Shown: positions 48,957 to 59,600, numbered from the stretch's first letter. The stretch is 64,000 nt of DNA from Capsulimonadaceae bacterium (GCA_965215505.1 OZ244065.1:4512001-4576000), one strand, 5' to 3'. Notes: generated by a model from the sequence alone, not told the origin. A program made the numbers and translations.

Positions 48957-51899
48957 CTACGCCGGATCGCCTCCCGCCGTTGACAGCGCGTACTCCACCG
49001 CCTGCTCCCAGGTCATCGCCCGGCCCGCCTCCCAGGCGGCGGCAAAAGCTTCCTCCCCCAGCGCCTCACGCACGGAAGCCATAGTCTTCTCCATGTTCTC
49101 TTGGTCTAACGGGGGCCGAAAGCTGCCGATGCTCTCGCGCAGGGCAGAGGAGGCTCCCTCCAGCCGCGCCGCCCGTGACTGCTGGCTCTGTCCCCGCGCT
49201 ACCCCCGCCATGCCGTCTAAACACTCGGCGATGCCCTGCTGGTCCCCCAACTGCCGATGAAGTGTCAGGCCCTCCGCCAGCAAGGTCCACGCCGCAGCGT
49301 AGTCGCCTTTCAGGGAGGCCAAATCACCCAGGCGGGTGAGCGAAAAGGCAACACTTCCCCGATCCCCGACCTGCCGAAAGAATTCCAAGCTTTCCTCGTA
49401 CAAAGCCTGTGCCCTCGCCAAGTCGCCTTGTCTGATGGCCACATCCCCTAGGCTGATGAGTGAGTCGGCGATGCCACTCTGATGCCCTACCTGTCGCCAG
49501 AGTGTCAGGCCCTCCTCATACAGAGTCCGCGCCCCCGCCAAGTCGTCCTGAATCCGGGCCACACGCCCCAGGCCGAAGAGCGCGTAGGCGATGCCGGTCT
49601 GGTGCCCCATCTGCCTCCGAATGGCCAGGCTCTCCTCATACAAAGCGCGCGCCCGCGCCAAGTCGCCCTGGAAGGTGGCCACGTCCCCTAAGATGCTGAG
49701 CGAGTAGGCGATGCCCCACCGGTCCCCCACCTGCCGACGGAGAGTTAGCCCTTTCTCCAGCAAGGCCCGTCCCCCCACATGGTCGCCTTGTCCAATGGCT
49801 ATGTCCCCCAGGGTGTTGATCGAGAAGGCGATGCCCCACTGATCCCCCAGCCGCCGATGAAGTGTCAGACTCTCCTCCAGCAAGGCCCGTGCCGCCGCAG
49901 CGTCGCCCTGCTGAGAGGCTAGATATCCTGCCCCGTTGAGTGCCTTGGCCCGTCCCGATGATGCCTCCCTTCCTGTTGCGCCGTCCCGACCTCCTGCTTC
50001 TGTCGTTGCCCTTGCTAGAGCCTGGCCCAGCCACTGACGCCCCTCGGAATAGTGACCACGCACCCACCAGAACCGCCACAGCGCCCCCGCAAAACGGAGG
50101 CCATCCTCGGCGTCCCCCGCTGACTGTTCAGAGGTCTGCTCGTGCCAGGACAGACTCGCCCGCAGATTATCGTGTTCCGTCTCCAGCCGTCTCAGCCACG
50201 ATGCCTGCTCCGCGCCGGTCAGATGCGGCTCTGCTTCTTCCGCCAGACCCAGGAACCATGACGCCGACCGGCTGCACACGGCTTCCGTCTCCCCGCTCTC
50301 TTTCAGGCGATCCCGAGCGTATTGCCGGACCGTCTCCAGAAGACGGTAGCGGCCTACGTCGTCATCCCCCTCTTCATACACTACTAGAGACTTATCCACC
50401 AGCCCCGTCAGCAAGTCCAGCACCTCAGAGTCCTCGACCCCTTCGCCGGAGCAGACCCTTTCCGCCGCTGAGAGCGTCCACCCGCCTGCGAACACCGACA
50501 GCCGGCGCAGTAGAGCCTTTTCGTTTCCGGTCAGCAGGTCGTAGGACCAATCAATGAGCGCCCGCAGCGTCTGCTGGCGGGGGAGCGCCGTGCGAGTGCC
50601 GCCCGTCAGCAGGTGAAACTGGCGGTCCATCCGGACGTTGATCTCCTCGACAGACAGCGCCCGCACCCGCGCCGCCGCCATCTCGATCGCGAGCGGGATG
50701 CCGTCGAGCCGCCGGCAGATCCCGGCTACGGCGGGCGCATTGGCGTCCGTCACGATGAACGCAGGCCGTACCGCCTTCGCACGCGCGGTGAACAGCCGCA
50801 CCGCCTCATACCGCGACAGGCTCTCCGCCGTCTGCGTCTGCTTCGGGTCCGGCAGCGACAGCGACGGGACGCGGTAGGCCTGCTCTCCCGACACGTTCAG
50901 CGCCTCGCGCGAGGAGGCCAGCAGGTGAACGTCCGGGCAGGCGCGCAGCAGGCCGGCGGCGAGGGACGCGCAGGCCGAAACCAGGTGTTCGCAATTGTCG
51001 AGGATCAGCAGGAGGCGCTTGGGCCTCAGCCACTCTACCAGGCTTGCCTGGATGGCCTTCCCCGACTGCTCCTTGACGCCCAGCACGTCGGCGACGGCCT
51101 GCGGGACTAAGGCAGGATCGGCCAGGGCGGCCAGTTCAACGAGCCACACGCCGTCCCCTTCGCCGTCCAAGAGGTCGGCGGCCGCTTGCAAGGACAGCCG
51201 CGTTTTGCCGCTGCCGCCCGCCCCTGTCAGCGTCAGCAGGCGCGTCCTGCCCAGCAAGTCTTTGACTTCCTCGACCTGCTTCTCCCGGCCGATGAAGGAG
51301 GTAGTCTGCTGGGGCAGGTTGTTGGGCAGGGCGGGGTTGTCCAGGGACTTGAGGGGCGGGAACTCGGCGGGGAGGGCGGGATGGAGGAGCTGAAACACCT
51401 GCTCCGAGCGGCCTAAATCCTTGAAACGGTGTTCACCCAGATCGCGCAGACTCGCCCCGTCCGGCAGATGGTCACGCGCCAACTCCTGCGTCGCGGCGGA
51501 CAGGAGTACCTGGCCGCCGTGCCCGGCTGCCATTAGCCGCGCGGCGCGGTTGAGCGCGCCGCCGTAGTAGTCGCCGTCACGCCCCTCCGCGCTGCCGGTG
51601 TGCAGTCCCATCCGTACCGAGATCGGAATTTGCGGACCCCATGGCTCGTCCCAGAGCGCGCGCTGGGCACTGAGGACGGCGGCGAGAGCCTGGGGAGCGG
51701 TGGCAAAGGCGGCATGGATGCCGTCGCCCGTGGTCTTGACGACGTAGCCGTGATGCTGTTCCACGGAGGAACGAATGAGCGCGTCGTGGCGGGCGAGGGC
51801 GGGGCGCATGGCGTCGGGCTGCTGCTCCCAGAGGCGGGAACTGCCCTCAATGTCGGTGAAGAGGAACGTCACGGTGCCGGTGGGCGGCGCGGCGGGCAT
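48957..51899 (-). CDS. Class III adenylate cyclase - STAND ATPase - TPR protein (paralog)
   Basis: FTDIEGSS, KTTGD, DYYG..LNR..R; GAGGSGKT; LDNCEH; more TPR repeats than the 42434 paralog. Confidence 0.93.
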   Translation of the reverse strand: MPAAPPTGTVTFLFTDIEGSSRLWEQQPDAMRPALARHDALIRSSVEQHHGYVVKTTGDGIHAAFATAPQALAAVLSAQRALWDEPWGPQIPISVRMGLHTGSAEGRDGDYYGGALNRAARLMAAGHGGQVLLSAATQELARDHLPDGASLRDLGEHRFKDLGRSEQVFQLLHPALPAEFPPLKSLDNPALPNNLPQQTTSFIGREKQVEEVKDLLGRTRLLTLTGAGGSGKTRLSLQAAADLLDGEGDGVWLVELAALADPALVPQAVADVLGVKEQSGKAIQASLVEWLRPKRLLLILDNCEHLVSACASLAAGLLRACPDVHLLASSREALNVSGEQAYRVPSLSLPDPKQTQTAESLSRYEAVRLFTARAKAVRPAFIVTDANAPAVAGICRRLDGIPLAIEMAAARVRALSVEEINVRMDRQFHLLTGGTRTALPRQQTLRALIDWSYDLLTGNEKALLRRLSVFAGGWTLSAAERVCSGEGVEDSEVLDLLTGLVDKSLVVYEEGDDDVGRYRLLETVRQYARDRLKESGETEAVCSRSASWFLGLAEEAEPHLTGAEQASWLRRLETEHDNLRASLSWHEQTSEQSAGDAEDGLRFAGALWRFWWVRGHYSEGRQWLGQALARATTEAGGRDGATGREASSGRAKALNGAGYLASQQGDAAAARALLEESLTLHRRLGDQWGIAFSINTLGDIAIGQGDHVGGRALLEKGLTLRRQVGDRWGIAYSLSILGDVATFQGDLARARALYEESLAIRRQMGHQTGIAYALFGLGRVARIQDDLAGARTLYEEGLTLWRQVGHQSGIADSLISLGDVAIRQGDLARAQALYEESLEFFRQVGDRGSVAFSLTRLGDLASLKGDYAAAWTLLAEGLTLHRQLGDQQGIAECLDGMAGVARGQSQQSRAARLEGASSALRESIGSFRPPLDQENMEKTMASVREALGEEAFAAAWEAGRAMTWEQAVEYALSTAGGDPA

Positions 51900-52072
51900 C
51901 GCAGGGCCTCATTTCTTCAAGGGGCGGATCGGCTCGGTCAACGGCTGGTACAAGGCCGTGTACGCCTCCCACGCACCTTTCTGATAAAGGTCGTGGAACA
52001 TTGAAAACTACACGCTTGCGAACGTCGAAATCACTGGGCAACGTCGAAATCGCTGGGCGCGGAACGGCTACA

Positions 52073-52309
52073 TCATCCGCCTGACTCTTTCTCCTCGGCC
52101 CGTTCTTCACCCTCTTGCCGACGATCCCGGAACTCGCGTAAGAGGCGGCGGATTAAGACGCTCGCTCCGCCATCCTCTTCAAGTGCGATGCTCCATAAAT
52201 CGTCCGGGACGTAAATCATCCGCCCCGGATATTTCTCCCGCCGCTTTCCAGGCGGGCGTCCTGGCCTTTTAGCCCCCTGTCCCTCGGTTGTCTCGTCGTT
52301 TGCTTCCAA
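52073..52309 (-). CDS. Small DNA-binding protein (AT-hook plus RHH-like)
   Basis: RPGRPP, RMIYVPDDLW, ASVLIRRLL; divergent from the nuclease pair. Confidence 0.6.
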   Translation of the reverse strand: MEANDETTEGQGAKRPGRPPGKRREKYPGRMIYVPDDLWSIALEEDGGASVLIRRLLREFRDRRQEGEERAEEKESGG

Positions 52310-52413
52310 TCCTGCATCCTAAAACCGAGACCTGGTGCTTGGCCCCGGACATCACCTCAAACCATGTTACCATGGCACCATCTAAAAAACTTCTATCTCG
52401 CCCCGGATTCCCC

Positions 52414-52454
52414 TTGACAGAAGATGCAAGTTTATGTTAAGCTATTTTTATAAT
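52414..52454 (+). promoter_or_regulatory. Promoter of the nuclease pair
   Basis: TTGACA (52414-52419), TG-n-TAAGCT and TATAAT (52449-52454) in an AT-rich tract. Confidence 0.65.
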
Positions 52455-52556
52455 AGTGCAGTAATGGTGCAACATTGATCGCCCTGCTGAACACTCGAAA
52501 GCCATGCCGACCACCAGGCGAAGTCGGTGACCGTCCACCGACGAAAGGAGTCAACT

Positions 52557-53357
52557 ATGACCGATCGTGTATGGACCGACCTGCCCCGCATCACCCCAAG
52601 CAGTGTTGGCGACCTCACCGGATGCGGCAAGCGATTCGCGGAGACACGCATCCTGAAGAACTGGGGCAGCAACAACCGCGACTTCCCGGAGAGCGTCGCT
52701 CATGGGACTGCCGTCCACGCCGTGCTCCGTGACGTGTTCCACGACCGACAGAATGACCAGGTCAACCTCACAAACTTGGGGGCACTCTCGCGGGCGGCAG
52801 TCTATAAGGGCCGCTACCCGAAAGGCTTTGAGCGGGAGCGTGCTGTCGAACGGGTCATGGAGGCCGTCTGCGGCTACGCTCGGTCCCAGGCCCCTGATGA
52901 TGTCGTGGGCACGATCCGGTGCGAGGACCAGATCGAGTTCCCTTTCTCATGGGAAAACAGGCCGCTCTGCATGATCTCGGCCACCCTCGACCGGGTCCTG
53001 GTGCGACCGGACCAGCCGACCCGTTTAATCGTCAAAGAGTACAAAACCACCAGGCCGAAGATCGACCTTCAAGAAATTTTCGTTGCGCTTTTTGCCGCCC
53101 GCCGCGCCTACCCGGACTACGAAACCTACGCCATGGAGATCGACTGGATCGCCGACGACGGCACCGTCTCGACGGACACTATCGAGGGGCGAGAGTTGCG
53201 CGGCCTGCACCCGGTCATCTTCCGGGCCGCCGTGAAGGTCATCCACGAGAAGCAGTGGGACGCCTGCCCCTCGGAGCGATGCACTTTTTGCCATCTCCGC
53301 GCCCAGTGTCAGAAGCTGCCAGCCGTCGAGATGAGAGAAGGGGATGAGGTGTTCTGA
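52557..53357 (+). CDS. PD-(D/E)XK nuclease, RecB/AddB/Cas4-like, with Fe-S cysteine pattern
   Basis: N-terminal C, GTAVH, E, LDRV, EYKT, C-terminal C..C.....C; AAGGAG RBS. Confidence 0.85.
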   Translation: MTDRVWTDLPRITPSSVGDLTGCGKRFAETRILKNWGSNNRDFPESVAHGTAVHAVLRDVFHDRQNDQVNLTNLGALSRAAVYKGRYPKGFERERAVERVMEAVCGYARSQAPDDVVGTIRCEDQIEFPFSWENRPLCMISATLDRVLVRPDQPTRLIVKEYKTTRPKIDLQEIFVALFAARRAYPDYETYAMEIDWIADDGTVSTDTIEGRELRGLHPVIFRAAVKVIHEKQWDACPSERCTFCHLRAQCQKLPAVEMREGDEVF

Positions 53358-53880
53358 ATTGGCCGAGGAAATATCCGATCTCGCACCTGACGCTGCGAAT
53401 GGCCCAACTGATGCCTATGCCGCGGGCTACTTTGACGGCGAGGGTTGCGTCGGCCTTTACACACGCGGCGGGAACGTTATTCCCCGCATCCGCATCGCTG
53501 TGAAAAGTGCAAATCTGCCGTGCCTTTTGGCACTGAAAGCCCGCTTCGGAGGCACCGTGACGATGGCTTCGCCACCGGGCCACAAGCGAAAAAGTCAATA
53601 TCGGTGGCGCATCGGCTCAATGCAGGACTGCCTGGCGTTCATCGCCGCTGTGGAACCACACTCCATCGAGAAGCGGGAGCAACTCGCTCTGGCTCGGGAG
53701 TGGCTCGAACACCGCTCGCGAACTCCCCTGCGTGGTCGCCGCTTCCCGGAGACATACTCCATGGCGGCCCGGATTCATGAGGCGATCTCCGTTCAGAAAC
53801 GCCTCGACTTCTACGCCTCCGCCATGGAGACTGAAACCAGCGGCCTGCACAGCCCCGCGATAATCAAGCCTCCTCCCTGA
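53344..53880 (+). CDS. Single-motif LAGLIDADG homing endonuclease
   Basis: YAAGYFDGEGCV, L..LK..FGG, YRW, PHSIEKREQ. Confidence 0.85.
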   Translation: MRCSELAEEISDLAPDAANGPTDAYAAGYFDGEGCVGLYTRGGNVIPRIRIAVKSANLPCLLALKARFGGTVTMASPPGHKRKSQYRWRIGSMQDCLAFIAAVEPHSIEKREQLALAREWLEHRSRTPLRGRRFPETYSMAARIHEAISVQKRLDFYASAMETETSGLHSPAIIKPPP

Positions 53881-53886
53881 AGCTGT

Positions 53887-56652
53887 TCATGTGATGCTCA
53901 TCTTGGCGAGGTCGTAGACGCGCAGAACCTCGTCGCCGTAGTGGTTGATGACCTTGACGGCGATCTTGCCCGTGTCGGGGGTGTCGAACGGGCGGCTGAC
54001 GGTGGAATACAAGGCCGACCACGCGGACTCGTCTATGTCGGCGCGCAGCGTGTCCCGCAGCTTCTTGTACGGGTCGCCGTCGCCCGTGAAGTAGGCGTGG
54101 CGCACGATGAACGCCTCGCCGTTGTAGGCGGTGTCCACGAACCAGCAGGCCAGGTCGTTGGTGCTGGACGGCTTGATCTCGCCCGTAGTCGGGTCGTAAA
54201 TGTCCAGGCCGAAGATTTCGACTTCGAGTTGCTCGGCCTTCTTCCGAATCTCGATGTCCGGTTCACCGAACACCATGAAGAGGTTGCCCGCGCCCGTCTT
54301 CTTCAGCAGATTCCCGCCGATCATCAAGTCCTGGTTGATGCGGGCCATCATCACCGTCAGCGGTCCGAACTTCTTGATGAGGTAGGTGTCCTCGGTCTGC
54401 TCCTTCGCCTCCTCGTACACGGCGGGGTCGAAGGCGAACCCGCAGATCACCAGGGTGTCGAAGTGCTTCCGTGCCTCCTTGACGGCCTCGCGCACCTGTT
54501 CCGCCGACACGGTGCCGAACTGCGGGCCGAGCGAGACGGCGATACGGTTCCCCGTGCCGCGCTGGACGCCCTCGGCTTGGATATACACGCTGCTGAACGG
54601 TTCCAACTGCTCGAACTCGATCTTCTCGCCCTTCTTCGTATTGCCGACACCCGCCCGCTTCAGGTTCTCGATAATGCTCTGCTCGTACTCGCCGTCCGCC
54701 TCGGCGGTGGCGCGCTTCTCCGTCGCGGGCCGCTCGGCTTCTTCGTCGGGGGCGACGACGCGGTGCGGCGAGATGCTTTCCACGGTGAAGGGGCCGCAGA
54801 CGCGCACGGCCTTGTTGTTCTCGTAGGGCCTGTCGTAGAGGTAAACGGTTTCAGCGCGGCGGGCGATGCTGGCGTCCATCTCCTTCTTGCGCTCGATCCA
54901 GTTCTTCCAGTAGTCGGCGAGCAGTATCGTCGCGGCGGCGGGCCAGTCTTCGCTCGCGATGCGGGGTATCTGCCAGGGTTCCAAGGCGTGACCGAGTTGA
55001 GCGTTCAGGGCGGCGCGAACCGGTTCCAGTTTCGCCTCCCAGCGTTCGTGGATGCCATCGATTTCATCGTTGTTGGCGATGGACTTCAGCGTCACACGGG
55101 GGACGCGTTCATAGACGAAGCCCTTCCGAACGTCGTTCATGGTCGGCGCATCGGGCTGCACTTTGCCGCTGACGATCTGTTCTCTTGCGCGTCCTTCGGG
55201 GCTGTCGGCCAGCAGGAAGGCGGGGTACTTCGCGGCCATCAGGCGGGTGCGGGCGAGGGCCAGAGCGACGCGGCTACTGTCAATCGTGACCCAGCGGCGG
55301 CCCCACTGCTCGGCAACGGTGGCGGTTGTGCCGCTCCCGCAGGTTGGGTCAAGAACGATGTCGCCTGGGTCAGTGGTCATCAGGATACACCGCTTGAAGG
55401 CTTCTGTGGAAGTTTGAACGACGTATATCTTTGGGTCGGATCGGCTCTGAACAGAACCGCTTATGTCGGACCACAAATTCCCCTTAGTTGTTAATTTGAA
55501 GTCGTCCAAGAAATGAATGTAAGAAAGCGTTCTTCCATTACCAAGTAGACGACCAGCCTCAGACAAGCGTTTGAGGCCAACTTGGTCTGTTCGAAATGTC
55601 CTATTGCCTGATGAATACGGAACTCCGTAAAGACGAAACGAAGATGCGTCGCCTGCACCCGGTGCACGGGTACTTGTCACGTCATCCAGCCGAAAATACC
55701 TACCAGAGTCGTCGGGAGTTGTCTGATTGTATCGGCGTTCTGCGTCGTCAGATTTCTCAACCACGATGGGATGCCATTTTGTATGGTTCTTGTCCCTACC
55801 ATACCACAGAAGGTAGTCGCAGGTCGCCCCCAAAAAGTCGCTGGTTTCACCTGTTGTTTTTCGGATGGTGATTTGAGATATAAAGTTTCTGTCCCCGAAC
55901 ACTTCATCCATGAGAGAGCGGACGCGGTGAACATTAGCGTCCCCAATCTGTACGAAAGCACTGCCACTCTCGGTCAGAAGTTCGCGGGCGACTGTCAGGC
56001 GGTCGCGCCAGTACGTCAGGTAGGTGTGAATGCCCTTCTCCCAGGTATCGCGGAAGGCGCGAATGACTTCGGGTTCGCGAGATAAATCCGCAATTTTCCC
56101 ATCCGTGACGGTGCGGCTCCGCGTTGTGGCCTGCCAGTTGGAGCCGAACTTGATGCCGTAGGGTGGGTCCATGATGATGCACTGTATCTGCCCCTTCAGG
56201 CTCGGTGTCTCGCCCTCGGCCAGCGCGTTCATCACCAGGAGCGAGTCGCCCAGGATCAGGCGGTTCCGCCACTTCTCCTGGTGCTGGCTGTATTCGATCT
56301 TCTTCTCCAGAGGCAGGAAATCTTCGACGGAGAACAGCGCGGGCTGCTCCCGCACGACGCCGCCCTCCTTCGCCGCCTTCGCCCGCTCCGCGTCGTACTG
56401 CACCGCCTTGATGATGTCCTGGGGGTTGATCTCCTCCTGGATGTAGAGCGGCACGACCGGGACGGCCAAATCCTCCGAGTCCAGTTCGTCCTTGCCCTGC
56501 CAGACCAGTTGCGGGTCGAGCGACGGGTCGCGGGGGTAGAGTTTCGGCTTCGGGCTGGCCTCCCGCTCCGCGTCAAAGTCGGAAAGTTCCGACGTGAGGA
56601 TGTTCGGGCGGGTGTCGTCGTGCTTGATGGTGTCGATCTTCGTCTCAGGCAT
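53887..56652 (-). CDS. Type III-like DNA amino-methyltransferase (Mod, beta class)
   Basis: DPPY motif IV before DPTCGSGT motif I; C-terminal IAVKVINHYGDE. Confidence 0.92.
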   Translation of the reverse strand: MPETKIDTIKHDDTRPNILTSELSDFDAEREASPKPKLYPRDPSLDPQLVWQGKDELDSEDLAVPVVPLYIQEEINPQDIIKAVQYDAERAKAAKEGGVVREQPALFSVEDFLPLEKKIEYSQHQEKWRNRLILGDSLLVMNALAEGETPSLKGQIQCIIMDPPYGIKFGSNWQATTRSRTVTDGKIADLSREPEVIRAFRDTWEKGIHTYLTYWRDRLTVARELLTESGSAFVQIGDANVHRVRSLMDEVFGDRNFISQITIRKTTGETSDFLGATCDYLLWYGRDKNHTKWHPIVVEKSDDAERRYNQTTPDDSGRYFRLDDVTSTRAPGAGDASSFRLYGVPYSSGNRTFRTDQVGLKRLSEAGRLLGNGRTLSYIHFLDDFKLTTKGNLWSDISGSVQSRSDPKIYVVQTSTEAFKRCILMTTDPGDIVLDPTCGSGTTATVAEQWGRRWVTIDSSRVALALARTRLMAAKYPAFLLADSPEGRAREQIVSGKVQPDAPTMNDVRKGFVYERVPRVTLKSIANNDEIDGIHERWEAKLEPVRAALNAQLGHALEPWQIPRIASEDWPAAATILLADYWKNWIERKKEMDASIARRAETVYLYDRPYENNKAVRVCGPFTVESISPHRVVAPDEEAERPATEKRATAEADGEYEQSIIENLKRAGVGNTKKGEKIEFEQLEPFSSVYIQAEGVQRGTGNRIAVSLGPQFGTVSAEQVREAVKEARKHFDTLVICGFAFDPAVYEEAKEQTEDTYLIKKFGPLTVMMARINQDLMIGGNLLKKTGAGNLFMVFGEPDIEIRKKAEQLEVEIFGLDIYDPTTGEIKPSSTNDLACWFVDTAYNGEAFIVRHAYFTGDGDPYKKLRDTLRADIDESAWSALYSTVSRPFDTPDTGKIAVKVINHYGDEVLRVYDLAKMSIT

Positions 56653-56654
56653 CG

Positions 56655-59600
56655 TCAGTTCTCTTCCTTGCGCGTCGGGAACCAGTGCGCGAACGGGTCG
56701 TTGGCGATGTGGCCGCGAATGACGCTCGCCGCCTCCCACGGGTCGGCGATCTCGATGTAGGACCAGCGGCCAAACGTCTGGTAATTGGTCGCGCCGTAGT
56801 TGTTCACGGCGGGAACCCAGAAACCTTTCGCCGTCATCGCCTTCTGCTGCTTATCGTTCTTCCGCAGGCCCGTCACCTCGATAATGAGTTGCAGCGGATC
56901 ATTTTTACCGTAGCCGTCGTCCACATGGGCGATGAAGTCGGGGAAATACTGCCGCTCCTTGCCCGCCAGCGTATACGGAATCGTGAAGCCGATGTTGTGG
57001 TTCTTGACGTAGCACCGCACTTCGTCCATCTCTTCCAATACCTGCGCCATCTTCTGTTCCCACGAGTCCGTGTCGCAGACGACGTGCGAGATGTGGCACT
57101 TGTCGGCGCGGGTGACATACGTCGGGCGCGTGGTCAGGTAATCTACATGGCGCGTCGTGCCGACGTACTCGTAAGGGCGCAGGATCGGCAGGAGTCGCTT
57201 GACGGGGGTATCTTGCCCCCCGTTGACAATGCCCCCATAGATTTTCTCCGCTGCCTCGTCCGCAGGCTCTCGGAACCGTAACAACTGGGGGAACGTCCTG
57301 TCACCGCAATGGAGGCAGTCCTTCATCCAGCGTTTCGTTATGGAGAGGACCTGTGGAAACAACCAGGACTTGTCGTTGCCAGACCCAGTCGGGAAGTACC
57401 GCTTCAGAATCAGGTGCGCCAGGTAGAACTCCACCTCCTGCACTCGCCGATGCCTTGCCTCCTCGACAGAAATAGTTACGGACTCCCCGATAATAGGCGC
57501 GTTTTCAGTGTCCATCGGAATGTCTTTGGTGGACAAGGAGTAGTGGTGGTCGAGTTGGAAGTCCGCCGTCAGCCGCTCCGTCGGCAGGTCGAAGCGGTAG
57601 CCGAGGACGCGGGGGAAGCGAATCTCGCAAGCCTCCCGCCGTTCTTCCAGGGCACGCACCCGCGTCGGGATCGGGCCTGGCTGCGGGTCGGTCGGCGTCC
57701 CAGCCGATGGGATGAACGAGAACGGCACCCCGAACACCTCGGCGTATTCCGGTTCCAGCATTCCATGTTCGTTCGGCGCGTAACTCATGCGGCGCAGGGC
57801 GCGGCCCACCACCTGCTCGCACAGAAGCTGCGTCCCGAAGGCGCAGACGCCCAGGACGTGCGTTACCGTGTTGGCGTCCCAGCCCTCGGTCAGCATGGAC
57901 ACGGAGACGACGCAGCGGACGCCCTCGCCGAGTTTGCCGCGCTTGCCGACTGTATTCATCACCTCGCGCAGAATGTCTTCGTCGTCCAGGTCGTCGGAGT
58001 CACGGCCTGGGTAGCGAATACGGTACTCGGACTTGAACTCCTCGATCTCGCGGGCGGCGATCTTCTTGAAGTCGTCGGTCAGGCCCTCACCCGAGTCCAG
58101 TTGCTCCGAGTCCACCAGGATCGTGTTCGGGCGGTGCAGCCACTGGGCGTCCTCGCTGACGTTGGAGAACAAGTCGAACTCGCCCCGCTTCAATTTCTTT
58201 GTCTTGCCGTCGTTCAGAGTGATCTCGTACCCCGCGACGTAATCGTAGACCAGTTTGGAAATCTGCGTGTTTTGACAGACGACGATGAAAACGGGAGGCG
58301 TGGTCGCGGCGCGGGCGGCGGGGCTACCCTCCCACCGCTCGTAGAACTTGCGGTAGTTGGTGTATAGGGCGTCCAGTGCGGCCTCCAACTCCTTCGGTAA
58401 GTTCGGGTCTTCGCTGGCCCGCTCCGCCGTCTTGCCACGGCCCGCCTTCGGCAGACCGTGCTTGATGTTCACCCAGAGGTTGCGGAACTTCGGCCCCTCG
58501 CTCGCCATCGTGTCATCGGAGACGGGGACCCGCGGCACCTTGACGATCCCGGACTCGATGCCGTCGATCAACGAGAAGTCCGATGCGACCCAGGGGAACA
58601 GTGCGCCTTCGGGGTAGCCCGACCCTTTCAGGAAGAACGGGGTCGCCGAAAGGTCGTAGATGGCGCGGACGCCGAGTTTGGCCTTGACGTGTTCCAGACC
58701 CGTATGCCACAGGTGGGCGGCCTTCGACTCCTTCTGCAAGGCCCGCTTCTCCTCCGCCGTCAGCGCAGTCATCGCCGCCGCCGCGTCGGTGTCGGGCTTG
58801 CGCGTCCAGCAGTGGTGCCCCTCATCGTTCAAGACGACGACGTTTTTCTTCGTTCCCAAGTCGCGGCAGACCCGCGCCACCATCTGCGCGGGCGTCTCCA
58901 GGAACGGACTGACATCCTTGCCCGTCAGCAGTTTCTTGGTCAGGGCCGCCGCGTCGCCTGTGTCGCGCAGGCGGAAGGCATGAAAGTTCACGAGGGCGAT
59001 CTTGGCACGGTTCATGTCGTCGCGCAGGTGGGGCGGCACGAGTTCCAGATCGGCGTAGTAGTTGTTCGGGTCGGACGGCAGCAGCACCCGCAGGCGGTCA
59101 CGGATGGTGATGCCAGGCGCGACCAGCAGGAAGGCGTCGGCGAATTTCGGGTTCTGCGGGTTTGCCAGCTTGTTCAGCGTGTGCCACGCGATCAGCATCC
59201 CCATCACCGCCGTCTTGCCGCCTCCGGTGCATAATTTGAACGCCGTGCGCTGAAGCGTAGAACTGGCCGTCTCATTGGCCGCGCTCAGTGTCACCGCGAA
59301 GTGACGATACTGCGGGATATTGGGGACGACTTCAGTGAGAAAGATCGCCGTCTCTGCCGCCTCAATCTGCGCGAAGAACAGCCGCCGAAACCGTCCCTCG
59401 TCCTGCCAGTAGTCCAGCAGGAGCCGCGTCGTGCGTGTCACGCCCTCGTACCGTCGCTCGCCCGAACGCCAGACCTTGACGTAGGCGCGCAGTTCGTTGA
59501 TGTACCGGTTCTCCTCGACCTTCTCCGGGACCGGTTCGTCCATGCCAGGCAGGACGGCCATCTGCGCCTTCCTGGACTTGACCTTCGGGATGGGTGAGAA

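Noticed and set aside
49200-49920. ~120-bp periodic DNA repeats
   Set aside because: Explained by 40-aa TPR repeats of the cyclase-STAND protein.
52557-53357. cas4 of a CRISPR-Cas locus
   Set aside because: No cas1, cas2, effector genes or array in the window.
53941-55494. 517-aa plus-strand ORF
   Set aside because: Antisense shadow of the methyltransferase gene.
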